A DNA stretch of 64,000 nucleotides from a virus: positions 83,744 to 147,743 of the IMG/VR virus record IMGVR_UViG_3300025534_000004. The stretch is one strand, 5' to 3'. Positions 29,023 through 38,770 of the stretch are shown one piece after another. The translations under genes and the position numbers were made by a program. The notes beneath the pieces were generated by a model. It saw nothing but the letters and a program-made list of their open reading frames with translations, was not told the origin of the DNA and ran no database searches. The stretch's first letter is position 1; each line of letters begins with the position of its first letter.

Positions 29023-29400
29023 TCAGAGGCGCGTCTTGCGGCCGGTGATGATGTTCATCACGGTGACGCCTGCCCCGAAGGCGGCGCGCATCTCGGCCAT
29101 CTGCTCGGCGCTCGGGCCGCGATCCCGCTTCCGGTACTCGGCCAGAAAGGCGCTCGTCTCGCTCGCGCGGGTCGCCACCGCCTTGGCGTAGTCGAACTCC
29201 ATATCGGGCGTGCCGTGCAGCTTCCAGACATCGAGCATGTCGGTCATCGGCACGGCGTTGTTCGACTTCCACCGGGGCACCCCGTCCACCACCACAGCCT
29301 CGGCCCATTTCGCGACCATGCGGGCGACCTCACGACGCTCGAACTCGGTCTGCGGGTTGACAAGGCTGCGGTTGGTGTAGCGGTCAGGCTGGTGGCTCAT
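29023..29400 (-). CDS. hypothetical phage protein
   Basis: RWKSN..VP; EMRAAFGAG..VMNIITGRK; promoter 29430-29457. Confidence 0.7.
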   Translation of the reverse strand: MSHQPDRYTNRSLVNPQTEFERREVARMVAKWAEAVVVDGVPRWKSNNAVPMTDMLDVWKLHGTPDMEFDYAKAVATRASETSAFLAEYRKRDRGPSAEQMAEMRAAFGAGVTVMNIITGRKTRL

Positions 29401-29521
29401 GACGACTGCCTTATCCTCTCGATGCCCAGACTATAGCCTGAATACGGTTCTGGTCAACCCATTTACGGTGGTTTGCATGATCCTCGCCGACCTTGGACCG
29501 TTCAACGGCGCCCTCAACTGA

Positions 29522-29893
29522 TCAGAACGTGTACCGCTCGGCGGCACGATACACCGCCGCGTCCTCGCTATCGCTTGGCAGCACCAGCGGGAGATCGCCG
29601 AACTGTTCGCGCGTCGGATCGAGTATGAAGCCCTCGATCTCGATCCACGAATGGCCCGTCACGTCGCTGTTGCTCTCGTCCGGCCAAGGAAACGGATGGT
29701 CATAGTGCCCGGTGACGATCTGCCCATGCAGCCCCTCGGCCGCAAGGAGACCCGCGAGTTCCGCGACGGCCGCCGCAGTGTGCGGAAACAGACCCAGCCC
29801 GAACCGGGAGACATACTCGTCGCGAATTCTTTCGGTCAGTCGCACCGCCGTCTCTGGCGCATGGACCTCGGTGTTCGTCGGCAATTTGCGCAT
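29522..29893 (-). CDS. late protein, papain/transglutaminase-like H-x-W..D motif
   Basis: HSWIEIEGFILDPTREQF; TAAATA at 29915-29920. Confidence 0.55.
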   Translation of the reverse strand: MRKLPTNTEVHAPETAVRLTERIRDEYVSRFGLGLFPHTAAAVAELAGLLAAEGLHGQIVTGHYDHPFPWPDESNSDVTGHSWIEIEGFILDPTREQFGDLPLVLPSDSEDAAVYRAAERYTF

Positions 29894-29951
29894 TACGATG
29901 GCAGTCCCAGCGGGTATTTAGGGGCCGGGACTGCCAATCTACCCGTGCAGA

Positions 29952-30641
29952 TCAGTTCAGGAAGTAGAAGGCATTCGGCGGCAGGCCGAAGTGACGGATG
30001 ATCTTGTCCTGCGCCTCCGGAGACGGGGTGAACCGACCGCGCCGCCACTCATACACGCTGGCGGCGCTGACCCCGGCCACCGAGGCAACCACATCATCGG
30101 AGGCGTTCAGGCTGTCGAGCAGGGCGCTGATCTTCCTGCCGGTCTGCTTGCGCAGCAGAAACCTCGGCGCCTGAACGCCGAACTTGGCCGCGATGCTGCG
30201 CCATTCGGCAGGGGTCAGGTCCAGCGCGTCGGTTTCCCAATCCGAGATGCGCTTCTGGGGGACGCCGAGAATCTCGCCCATCTCGGTCTGCGACATCCGC
30301 CCGCCATTGCGGCCAGACTGTGCGTAACGCAGGGCACGAAGCCACTGGCCGGTGCTCGGCGTGAACAGAGCGCGGGTGGTGGACCGCTGCGGCGGCAGCG
30401 AGATAAGCGCCTCCCCGTTGAGGTTGATCACCTTCGGGGCCTCAGAGGCCTCAGGCGCCACCGGAGCGGCCGGAGAGGCGGGCGCGGCGGCAGAGAGATA
30501 ATCCGCGATGTGCTGCGCGCGCCTGAACGACGACAGGACGGAGGAAACGATTTCGCGGGGGTACCCCGTATCCGACGCGACGACGGAGATGAGCACCTCG
30601 TCGGGAAGTGGCGTGTTGGTCAAGGTCTGGGACATGCTCAA
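29952..30641 (-). CDS. XRE-family regulator with two HTH domains
   Basis: MSQTEMGEILGVPQKRISDWE; VASVAGVSAASVYEWRRG. Confidence 0.8.
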   Translation of the reverse strand: MSMSQTLTNTPLPDEVLISVVASDTGYPREIVSSVLSSFRRAQHIADYLSAAAPASPAAPVAPEASEAPKVINLNGEALISLPPQRSTTRALFTPSTGQWLRALRYAQSGRNGGRMSQTEMGEILGVPQKRISDWETDALDLTPAEWRSIAAKFGVQAPRFLLRKQTGRKISALLDSLNASDDVVASVAGVSAASVYEWRRGRFTPSPEAQDKIIRHFGLPPNAFYFLN

Positions 30642-30717
30642 AATTGCTTTGCCAAATGTGTTGCGAGGCTGAAAGGGGACCGGTCAGCCTCATACCGGTA
30701 TTTGTCGCGGGCGACGG

Positions 30718-31596
30718 TCAGGCCGCGAACCGCTCAAACGCAGCGGCATCGTCCGCTTCGTCCTGCCCGGCGAGGCGGGGAGCGGCGCCCTCGAAGATCA
30801 CCTCCACCCGGTTCACGACCTTGGAGAAGATCGGCATGTCGATGACCCGGACCTCGCTGCGCGTCACCATCGTGCCGGGCGCGGGGCGGTGCTTCTCGGG
30901 AATGCGGGCAAGCTCCTCCTCCGTGAAGGCGCGCTCGAACGCCTCCCGGCGCACGAAGGTGCCTTGCCTGAAGAAGGCCGGGTAATCGGTGAAGTTCACG
31001 CCCGCCTCCTGAAACAGGCGCTCCTGCATCTGGGCGCCACTCATGCCCTGCAAGCTCTTGTGCGAGAAATGGTGGTGCGCGGCCATCGAGATCGCATTCT
31101 TGGTCGCATCCATGGTCCGCCACAGCACCATGTTCGCCGCCTCGACGCGGCTCGGAAGCTGGATGACGCGGGCGTCGAAGTGCGGCAGTCGCTCGGCGTA
31201 GCGCCGGAACTCCACATCCTCGCAGGTCAAGACGGCGCGCATGAAAGCAGAGGTGGCGATCCCGGAAAGCACGCTCGCCATCTTCATGATCTTGCCGTCG
31301 AAGAAGATGCTGCCTTTGGGATCAGGCACGTGCCAGACCAAGGAAATCTCGTCCGACTGCACGTAGCCGATGAGCGCATGGGTCTCGGCCACAAGATGCT
31401 TGGTCGTCTCGATCATCGCATTTGTCATGCGAATGTCGTAAGGGCGGTTCATGCCCTTCGTGAAGCGCGAGAAACTCCGGCCATCAATTCTGGCATAGAC
31501 CGGAAGCGTCGGCAGGAACCGGCGCTGGGTCTCGTGGAACTCGTAGGACTTCATGCGTGCGCCGAGTGCGTCGCCGCCGGGGGTCCGCTGTGCCAT
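30718..31596 (-). CDS. tRNA-His guanylyltransferase Thg1-like
   Basis: RIDGRSFSRFT, YVQSDEISL, FDGKIMK, FDARV. Confidence 0.92.
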   Translation of the reverse strand: MAQRTPGGDALGARMKSYEFHETQRRFLPTLPVYARIDGRSFSRFTKGMNRPYDIRMTNAMIETTKHLVAETHALIGYVQSDEISLVWHVPDPKGSIFFDGKIMKMASVLSGIATSAFMRAVLTCEDVEFRRYAERLPHFDARVIQLPSRVEAANMVLWRTMDATKNAISMAAHHHFSHKSLQGMSGAQMQERLFQEAGVNFTDYPAFFRQGTFVRREAFERAFTEEELARIPEKHRPAPGTMVTRSEVRVIDMPIFSKVVNRVEVIFEGAAPRLAGQDEADDAAAFERFAA

Positions 31597-31670
31597 CTCG
31601 AAATCGCTTCGTGTCATGCTTTGGCGGCCATAACGGCGAAACTCCGTCATGACAAGCCATGTTTTTGCGG

Positions 31671-32225
31671 TCAGATGATGGTCAGATAGTGCGGCGGCAC
31701 CGCCTCGGTGAGCCACACGCCATTGTCGCTCAGGAAAAAGACGTGACCGTTCTCCCGCATCGCCTTGGCATCCACTGCGAGGATGATGGGGTTGCCGCGC
31801 CGCCCGCCGACCTTGCTCGCCGTCTCGATGTCCGGGCTCAGATGCACATGATGTCTCCGCATCTTGCGCAGGCCCTCGCGGAAGATCGGCTCGATGAAAT
31901 TCGCCACCGTGCCATGGTAGAGCGTGTCCGGCGGCTCGGCCTGCTGGAAGGCGAGGCGCACGCCCTCCACACTGTGGCCCTGATTGGCACGGATGAGGCG
32001 CTTGTCCGCCGACAGGGCATAGCGGCCCTTGCTGTCCTCAGCGACGATGCGTTCCAGATCGAAGCGGGACAAGAGGAACCCCTGTTCCTTGAGCGCCCGC
32101 AGCAGGTCCGGGACCGGTGTCCAACCCTCAGCGTCAAGGGTCAGCCCAACCGCCTCCGGATTGTGCCGCAACACAAGAGCCATGAATTTGCTGACCCGGA
32201 CCGGATCAAACGTCTTGTCGCTCAT
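31671..32225 (-). CDS. kptA: RNA 2'-phosphotransferase Tpt1/KptA
   Basis: LVLRH, KGRY, IRANQGHS, LYHGT, RHHVHLS, NGVWLT. Confidence 0.93.
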   Translation of the reverse strand: MSDKTFDPVRVSKFMALVLRHNPEAVGLTLDAEGWTPVPDLLRALKEQGFLLSRFDLERIVAEDSKGRYALSADKRLIRANQGHSVEGVRLAFQQAEPPDTLYHGTVANFIEPIFREGLRKMRRHHVHLSPDIETASKVGGRRGNPIILAVDAKAMRENGHVFFLSDNGVWLTEAVPPHYLTII

Positions 32226-32332
32226 GGCGAGCCCCGTACCGATTAATTCGGTTCCTTGCAACTGCCTTTTATTGGAACAGGGGCGGCGGACCGTCAAGGA
32301 TCGTGAAACTCCAGCCACCCAGCCGGTCGCTT

Positions 32333-32899
32333 TCATCCCTCCGCACCGATGATGTCGCCGGGCTTGAACATCTCGAACTCGGTCAGCAGCCATGTGGCCA
32401 CCAACTCGGCGTCCAGTGGCAGGAGGATGCAGCGGTCCGGGTCGCTGATGAGTTTGGGTCGCTCGCCGCGCCACGAAACGGGGGCCTTCTCGCCATTGCG
32501 GATGATCGCCTTAACGCTCAGCGTCCCACTCTCATTCACCGCGAGGACCTGACCGATCTCCAAGGCATGGGAGTTCTCGCCCACGCTGACCGAGTAGCAG
32601 AGCACGGCGCCGGGTTCGACCGTCCGGCCCGTCATGTCGGTCACGGGCGCGATGATCGGGTTGCCCTCGGCATCCACCAGATCGACCTTGGAGTATGGAA
32701 GGCGCACCTCCTTCTCCACCCCATCGACCGCTATGGTCAACTCCGATCCAGAGATGCGCTTGACCGTGCCAAGCTTGCCCTTGTGGCGCCCCTGTTTCAG
32801 GACAACGCGGACGGGGCTCTTGAAATCATCTTCGTGGAGGTAACGCCCATAACGGGCATCGTGCTCGTGCAGTAGGGTATCGAACTGAAATCGCCGCAT
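32333..32899 (-). CDS. hypothetical protein with KOW-like motif
   Basis: VRVVLKQGRHKGKLGTV. Confidence 0.65.
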   Translation of the reverse strand: MRRFQFDTLLHEHDARYGRYLHEDDFKSPVRVVLKQGRHKGKLGTVKRISGSELTIAVDGVEKEVRLPYSKVDLVDAEGNPIIAPVTDMTGRTVEPGAVLCYSVSVGENSHALEIGQVLAVNESGTLSVKAIIRNGEKAPVSWRGERPKLISDPDRCILLPLDAELVATWLLTEFEMFKPGDIIGAEG

Positions 32900-32989
32900 G
32901 GAATTTCCCTATCTGAAATAAGTTCCTTTGTGCCGGACCAAACGGTCAAAGGCCATATTGCCACGCGCTTGGATGAATGGAAAGCGCGC

Positions 32990-33271
32990 TCATGAAACGG
33001 GGAACGCTATGCAGAACATGGCGAGGTCGGATTTGCGCGCGAATTCGAGAGACCAGCGTTCCGGAATGAGCGCAAAGCCGTGCGGTTCACGGAGACGCCA
33101 TGGTCCCGCGCAACAGTCATCGAGCCATGCCTTGACCTCATCCCGCAGCACCCAATGCGACATGCCGGTCTGCCAGCACATCCGTCGCACGATCAAATTC
33201 TTCGCCGAAATCGAGAAGCCGGAGCGCAGGGAGAGGCGAAACAGGAAGTCGGTGAGCGCGTCGAGTTTCAT
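32990..33271 (-). CDS. hypothetical protein, paralog family
   Basis: LRDEVKAWLD..GPWRL..FARKSDLAMFCIAF. Confidence 0.6.
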   Translation of the reverse strand: MKLDALTDFLFRLSLRSGFSISAKNLIVRRMCWQTGMSHWVLRDEVKAWLDDCCAGPWRLREPHGFALIPERWSLEFARKSDLAMFCIAFPVS

Positions 33272-33576
33272 GTCAGCACCAATTCCAAATCCGGATAGGC
33301 CATCCGGAGCATGGCAAGGTCCGACAGTCGGGAAACCCGAATGTACCAGCGAGGATAAGGCGGGCCGCCAGTGAGGCGCCAAGGCCCGATCATGGTGCCG
33401 TCCAGCCACGCCTCAACATCCTCGCGCAAGGCGACGATGCGGCCATGGCCCTTGTCGCGCACGCACAGCAGCCGGGAGCAGGATACGGCATAACCGGACC
33501 ACAGATGGCAGCGGAACAGCAGGTCGAAGATCGCGAGGGTTAACCTTCGGGGCCAATCGCTCAAAATGCTCATCAT
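33268..33576 (-). CDS. hypothetical protein, paralog family (tandem duplicate)
   Basis: LREDVEAWLD..GPWRL..SRLSDLAMLRMAY. Confidence 0.6.
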   Translation of the reverse strand: MMSILSDWPRRLTLAIFDLLFRCHLWSGYAVSCSRLLCVRDKGHGRIVALREDVEAWLDGTMIGPWRLTGGPPYPRWYIRVSRLSDLAMLRMAYPDLELVLT

Positions 33577-33668
33577 CCAAATACCATTTTGAATTTCGCC
33601 GCATCCTCCTGCGACGAGAAATAGGCAACCCGGTAGCGGAGATTCCAGCGCACCCTGCAATTGGCGCG

Positions 33669-33977
33669 TTAGAATACCCGCGCTTTGCGCGGGACCGGGG
33701 GCCACCGGGGATCAAGGAAATGGGCGTCCGGCCCGTATGGGACGCAGTGCCCGTCCACTTCGGAAACCCAATGGCGGGGGTTCAGCGAGCGATAGGGCTG
33801 GGAACAGTGGACCCAGATCACCAAGGCTTGCAGCCCCGTGATATGGGCCACGGCGCTCCACGGCACTCCCTCGACGAGCAGGAAACCGGCCATGATGCCG
33901 GTCACGCAGCCCAAGACCGCCTCGGTCGCCAGTCTTGCCGGAAGCCTGCGGGACCGAGGGCGGTCTGGCTCGTCCAT
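33669..33977 (-). CDS. membrane protein
   Basis: Two hydrophobic segments. Confidence 0.5.
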   Translation of the reverse strand: MDEPDRPRSRRLPARLATEAVLGCVTGIMAGFLLVEGVPWSAVAHITGLQALVIWVHCSQPYRSLNPRHWVSEVDGHCVPYGPDAHFLDPRWPPVPRKARVF

Positions 33978-33986
33978 CGGCCTGCC

Positions 33987-34421
33987 TCAATCGACGAAGA
34001 TCGGCTTGGCCTCGGGATCGAAGCGGATGCCCGCCTCGGTGAGGGTATGGGCGAGGTAGTCCATCGGCAGCCGCATGTAGCGGTTGAGCAACTGCATGTA
34101 GAGGCCGACAAAGATCGCGCCGTGATGGTTCGAACGGCCTTCGGCGTCCGAGGAGAGGGCGTGCGCCACCTCGTGCAGCACGATCCATGACGAGGTCTCC
34201 TCGGGGAATTCCAAGGTCAGACGTGTCCCGGTGGCCGCATGACGGCGCGCCTGCTTGGGCAGGGGGACGACCTTGGGCGGATATTTCAAGCCAAGATCGG
34301 CCCAGATGGCGTCCACCATGCCCTGCACCGCCGCGAAGGGAACCTTGGAGGAGTCGCGGGGCTTCACCACCCGCTTCTCCCACGCATAGACCTTGCTCCG
34401 CTGTAGGTCCCGTACATACAT
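33987..34421 (-). CDS. SprT-like zincin metallopeptidase
   Basis: QRSKVYAWE; VLHEVAH..HGAIF. Confidence 0.75.
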   Translation of the reverse strand: MYVRDLQRSKVYAWEKRVVKPRDSSKVPFAAVQGMVDAIWADLGLKYPPKVVPLPKQARRHAATGTRLTLEFPEETSSWIVLHEVAHALSSDAEGRSNHHGAIFVGLYMQLLNRYMRLPMDYLAHTLTEAGIRFDPEAKPIFVD

Positions 34422-34423
34422 GG

Positions 34424-35146
34424 TCAGGCTGCAAGCCGCTGGTGACCAGCACCCTGCTCGACTGGGCGGGTCAGATTCACCTTGGCGCCCGCCTCGTAGC
34501 CCTGATGGTAGGCGCTGCCGTTGCTGATCCGCACCCTGTGCTTGCACGAGACGAGCTTGATCGAGGTCTGCTTGAAGGCGTCCTCGACCATCTGCTCCTT
34601 GATGACCATCAGCGCCGTCCCGGTCGAGGCGCGCTGGCGGGTCACTTCCGCATCGCGCTCCTTGCGCATCTCCATCAGCCGGACCGCCACCCGGTGCGCC
34701 ATGCCGCGCGCGAAGCTCTGGGTCGCCATGCGCAGCGCAGCGCCGGTCGCCGTGCTGTTGCGCTTGAAGGCCGCCGTCTCGACCGCGATGGCGCGATCCA
34801 CGACCTCGTAGAGGTAGCGGGCCATGGCCGTGTCATGCTCAAGGCCGAAGAACATGTAACTGCCGGACTGGGTGAACCAGACCTTGCAGTCCACGAACCG
34901 GGCGATGGCCGTCACGCTGAGGTCGATGGGGCGCCGCCGCTTGCCGCCGGTCTTGATCTCGACCTGCACACAGGTCTCGGCCCGAACGTCGATCTCCTCC
35001 ATGGTGAGGGCATAGCGTTCCAGCAGGCGGCCCACCATCTCAGCAGCAGCCAGCGCCTCAGCCTCGGTGCAGCCGCGATCCACGGTTTTCTCGCTCAGCG
35101 CCTTGATACGGGCCTTGACCTTGGCGAGTTCAGCGTGCTGGCTCAT
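34424..35146 (-). CDS. DUF2786-like protein
   Basis: KARIKAL..GCTEAEALAAAEMVGRLLERY; AYHQGYEAG. Confidence 0.75.
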   Translation of the reverse strand: MSQHAELAKVKARIKALSEKTVDRGCTEAEALAAAEMVGRLLERYALTMEEIDVRAETCVQVEIKTGGKRRRPIDLSVTAIARFVDCKVWFTQSGSYMFFGLEHDTAMARYLYEVVDRAIAVETAAFKRNSTATGAALRMATQSFARGMAHRVAVRLMEMRKERDAEVTRQRASTGTALMVIKEQMVEDAFKQTSIKLVSCKHRVRISNGSAYHQGYEAGAKVNLTRPVEQGAGHQRLAA

Positions 35147-35227
35147 GGACGACCTCAAGCTCCTCAGGATGGGCTCATCGTACCGGATTAATTCGGTTCG
35201 TCAACCCGTGTTTTTCGGGAAGGCAGC

Positions 35228-35261
35228 AGAAACCCCGCGTGACCGGGCCACGCGGGGTTTC
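35228..35261. terminator. intrinsic terminator hairpin
   Basis: GAAACCCCGCGTG..CACGCGGGGTTTC after the XRE gene. Confidence 0.6.
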
Positions 35262-35295
35262 TTCGGACGATCCGGCAGTCTTGCTCAAGCCGGTG

Positions 35296-35952
35296 TTAGG
35301 CGGCCTGCGCCTCCTTCCGGTCCTTGCCGAGATAGGAGGCAGGCACACCGAGCAGCTTGGCGATATGGCCGAGGTCCTGTTCAGCGAGTTCCGGCGAGCC
35401 CATCTCCCAGTCATGCACCCGGATCACCGTGACGCCGAGTTCGGTGGCGAGCTTCTTGCGCGACCAGTTGGCGCGCTTGCGGGCGATGCGGAGCCGGTCG
35501 CCCAGCGACAGGTCGGCTCCGCCGATCAGGTCGCCCTCGCCGGTCAGATGCGCGAGCGTGACGCCCAGCAGCTTTGCCAGCCGCTCCGCGCTCTCGCGGT
35601 CGATCTGGACGTTCCGGCCCTTCTCGATCTGCGAGATTACTTCGGTGCGGATGCCGGTTGCCGCCATGACGCTACGCTGGCGCATGTTCAGAACGGCACG
35701 GGCCTCGCGCAGGCGATGCGGGGCGATGGAGACGAGATCGGCGCCGGACCGCCGGACGCGAGGACGCTTCGGCGGGGTCACTGCCGAAGCGGCGACCGCA
35801 CTTTCCACCATGGCAGCGAAATCGGGCACCTGTGCATTGGCCCCAAGGGTGGAGCGCAGCAGCACAGTTGCGCGGGCCATGGAGGAAATGATCTCGGCAA
35901 GGGTATCCTGCTGCGCCGCATCGGCGCCAGCCGTGGTGGAAGCAGACATCAA
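35296..35952 (-). CDS. XRE-family regulator with two HTH domains
   Basis: RLREAR..ISQIEKG; LGDRLRIARKRANWSRKKLATELGV..DWEMG. Confidence 0.85.
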   Translation of the reverse strand: MMSASTTAGADAAQQDTLAEIISSMARATVLLRSTLGANAQVPDFAAMVESAVAASAVTPPKRPRVRRSGADLVSIAPHRLREARAVLNMRQRSVMAATGIRTEVISQIEKGRNVQIDRESAERLAKLLGVTLAHLTGEGDLIGGADLSLGDRLRIARKRANWSRKKLATELGVTVIRVHDWEMGSPELAEQDLGHIAKLLGVPASYLGKDRKEAQAA

Positions 35953-36715
35953 AATCAGGTCCTCAAAATAGGTTTAGTTGAACTGCATTTTTAGGTGCGG
36001 GGCGTTGGTCGCGTCAACCGATTTTCTCGCGGCCATTCCCGAATTTCGACGTACTCCGTTATCCGGTCAGCCTCATCCGCGAAAGGCAAAAGGATCGGCC
36101 TCGCCCGGCAAACCGTACGGCATGGGGTGCGGGGCGTTGGTGACCAGAGGATGCGTGCAGAGCGTCAACAGCATGACGGTATAATCCTCCTGACGCACAT
36201 GCCCGCCGGGATAATTCCGGGCACCCTCCACGACACATCGCACCGAGGCACTGAGTTCTTCGGGTTTCGCGGCCAGTACGGTGATCCATCCGGATAGGAT
36301 GTAGATCGCGTAGCCCAGCAGGAAGCCGAGGACGAAGGCGATGACACGCTGCATCTCAGATACCGCCCCCCCCCCCCAGCGGACGGTAACCGTTGTCGAT
36401 GACGGCGCGGCGACGCTCATAGGCGGCATCGCAGCGCCGGATCATCTCGTCGTCATACCGCCCATGCAGGCAGACCTCCATGAACAGCGGCCGAAGGAAC
36501 CAGTCCGATGCCCAGCGAGGCAGACCCACGGACATGCCGATCAGGGGAGACACTGATGACTGCGATCATCAGAACGCAGTATGCGGAGATTATCAAACGC
36601 AAGCGCGTCATGGTTGATGGCTGCCGGTGATTTGGGAAGGAATGGTGTCAGACATCAAAATGCCCTCCTGAAAAATCAGTTGAAAGCAAGCGGCGATGCT
36701 GGTGTCACCCCTGTC

Positions 36716-36898
36716 CTAGAACTTGGCGTGCCGGACAAGGGTGAGGAGGACCGGCCGCAAGTCATCCAGCGTGGCCGCCTCCGCGATGGCCTTTTCGAGC
36801 GCCTCGCGGAGTTCCAGCCTGCGCGCCTCCAAGACGCCGATGTCGCGCTCGATGCGCAGGGTCCTGATGCGCTCCGCGAGGAAGGAATCATCCAGCAT
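36716..36898 (-). CDS. hypothetical protein
   Basis: Short ORF in operon. Confidence 0.5.
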   Translation of the reverse strand: MLDDSFLAERIRTLRIERDIGVLEARRLELREALEKAIAEAATLDDLRPVLLTLVRHAKF

Positions 36899-36901
36899 GG
36901 C

Positions 36902-37114
36902 TCAACGAAACCCCGGCGAGGTCAGGCCGCCGAGGATCATGTCCACGGCGATCTGCCGATTGCGGTGCTGCGACCGCTCCGTGTTGCAGATGGCGATCAG
37001 ACCGGTGGGCAGGTGCGTAACCTTGACGCCGGTCCGCACCCCGACATGCTGGCCGCCCGGCGGGGTGGGTTCATAGGTCTCGACCCGGAGGTCCTGTGGC
37101 GGGATGCCGGTCAT
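36902..37114 (-). CDS. minimal GGQ peptidyl-tRNA hydrolase (release factor domain 3 only)
   Basis: PGGQHV..VKVTHLPTGL..ERSQHRNR. Confidence 0.85.
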   Translation of the reverse strand: MTGIPPQDLRVETYEPTPPGGQHVGVRTGVKVTHLPTGLIAICNTERSQHRNRQIAVDMILGGLTSPGFR

Positions 37115-37410
37115 GGGGTCGCTGCGAGGGCGATGCCGAACACCATGCGCAGGCGTTCGCGGTCAGGCTGGCCGCGCGTGGTGTTGCGCGAGCCACCGAA
37201 GCCCGAGGCGTTGAACTCGGAGCCGCAGCCATCGCAGGCGATGTTGCGCGTACCGCCGCCTTCGGGACCCACGTATAGCCCGCCGCCGCAATCAGGGCGG
37301 CGGCCTCGCATGATCTCCCGAATTTCGACGGCAGAAAGATACTCGCCCCGGTTCGAGGTGCGTTCCTCGACAACGGGCTTACGGAACCATCGGATCAGGA
37401 ATGTGAGCAT
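37111..37410 (-). CDS. small Zn-ribbon protein
   Basis: PDCGG..GPEGG..CDGCG. Confidence 0.55.
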   Translation of the reverse strand: MLTFLIRWFRKPVVEERTSNRGEYLSAVEIREIMRGRRPDCGGGLYVGPEGGGTRNIACDGCGSEFNASGFGGSRNTTRGQPDRERLRMVFGIALAATP

Positions 37411-37464
37411 GAATGTCGGTTCTTTCGACGACAGGCAAGGAGCAGGATGGGTGGGTGTCAGCCG

Positions 37465-37902
37465 TCAGGCCAGCACCCGCTTCACGACCGCCGAGGCGAG
37501 CTTGCCGTCGTACTGGCCCGCACGCTCGGCCTTGAGGGTCGCCATGATGCCGCCCATGTTCAGGCCCTCGGCCTTCTTCGCCTGCGCGAAGGCTTCGATC
37601 TCGTCCTCGGTCATCTGCGTCGGCAGATAGGCTTCGAGAATGGCCTTCTCGCGGGCGTTCTTGGCGATGTCCTCGGTGCGACCGGAATTCGCCAGTACGG
37701 TGGCCGTCTCCTCGACACCCTTGAGGAACTTGCGCACCACGGCGACCACCTCCTCGTCGGTGAGGGGCCGGGCCGGAGAGAAGTTCTTCTCCCGCGTGGT
37801 GATCTCGCCGAGCACGGTGCCCAGCAGGCCAGCCGCGACGGAATCGCGCGCCTTGCGGGCCGCGATGCTGTCGTTGCGGATGCGGTCGGCGATGGGGCTC
37901 AT
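37465..37902 (-). CDS. GatB/YqeY-domain protein
   Basis: ARKARD..EKAILEAYLPTQM..MGGIM..GQYDGK. Confidence 0.88.
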   Translation of the reverse strand: MSPIADRIRNDSIAARKARDSVAAGLLGTVLGEITTREKNFSPARPLTDEEVVAVVRKFLKGVEETATVLANSGRTEDIAKNAREKAILEAYLPTQMTEDEIEAFAQAKKAEGLNMGGIMATLKAERAGQYDGKLASAVVKRVLA

Positions 37903-37984
37903 GGCCTGTGTCCTTCTGCAAAATCTCTTTCAGGATGGCGGAACATAGAGAACCGCAATAATGCCGTCAACTGGTCCGAATTTT

Positions 37985-38206
37985 TCAGGCCGACTTGCGG
38001 CCGAACAACCGGCCGAGCAGGCTTGGCTTCCCCGGCGGTGCAGTCGGAATGTTACCCGCAAGGGCCTTGGCGAGATTGCGCTGCGACCCGCACGTCACCA
38101 GACCCGTCTCCATCAGGCGTTTTGCGAGCTTTCTGTCATTCTCCTGCTGCAACAGCGGACGGGCAACATCCACGATTTTTCGTAGCCGAGCCAATTCGGC
38201 GCGCAT
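37985..38206 (-). CDS. hypothetical protein
   Basis: GAGG RBS. Confidence 0.45.
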   Translation of the reverse strand: MRAELARLRKIVDVARPLLQQENDRKLAKRLMETGLVTCGSQRNLAKALAGNIPTAPPGKPSLLGRLFGRKSA

Positions 38207-38368
38207 CCTCGCGTCGCCGTTCCAGAAGCTCGGGTTCGGCGACCCGCACTGCCACCGTGAGGGCGTCCAGCGCCGAGCGGACCGTGTCGTTCTCGCTTAC
38301 GGCGGCCGTCAGGAACACCGCAAGAGGCTCCTCGTCGCCAAAGACGAAGGCGTATTCCGTTCCTTCGC

Positions 38369-38743
38369 TCATCCCCGCAGCGCCATCCGGAAGGTGGCGA
38401 GGTCGTCATCGGTGCGTCTACGGGCCATGGTCGCGCGGAGGGATTGCCCGGCTCTTATGGGGCTGCTCGTGATGAACCAGTCCTGTGGCTGTGTCTCGAC
38501 CTGATGACGCTCGCGCTCGCGACGGTCATGCAAATCTTCGAGCAGGCAGTCGAGCGCATCTAGGTCGCAGCGCATGGCCGCCTCCACCCTCTGGACCAAC
38601 GGGGCGTCGTTAAGGCGGACCAAGACCATCAGCGCGTCGAGGGCTTCCTCCACGATCTCGTTGTCCGAGGTGAGCGCCGCGATCAGGCTCGCGACCTGCT
38701 CGGGCGGTATCGGCACGATTGACATGTCAGGCACGGCGATCAC
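38369..38743 (-). CDS. hypothetical protein
   Basis: AGAAAGGA RBS. Confidence 0.55.
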   Translation of the reverse strand: MIAVPDMSIVPIPPEQVASLIAALTSDNEIVEEALDALMVLVRLNDAPLVQRVEAAMRCDLDALDCLLEDLHDRRERERHQVETQPQDWFITSSPIRAGQSLRATMARRRTDDDLATFRMALRG

Positions 38744-38770
38744 CGTGTTCCTTTCTGAAATGGGGTTGAG

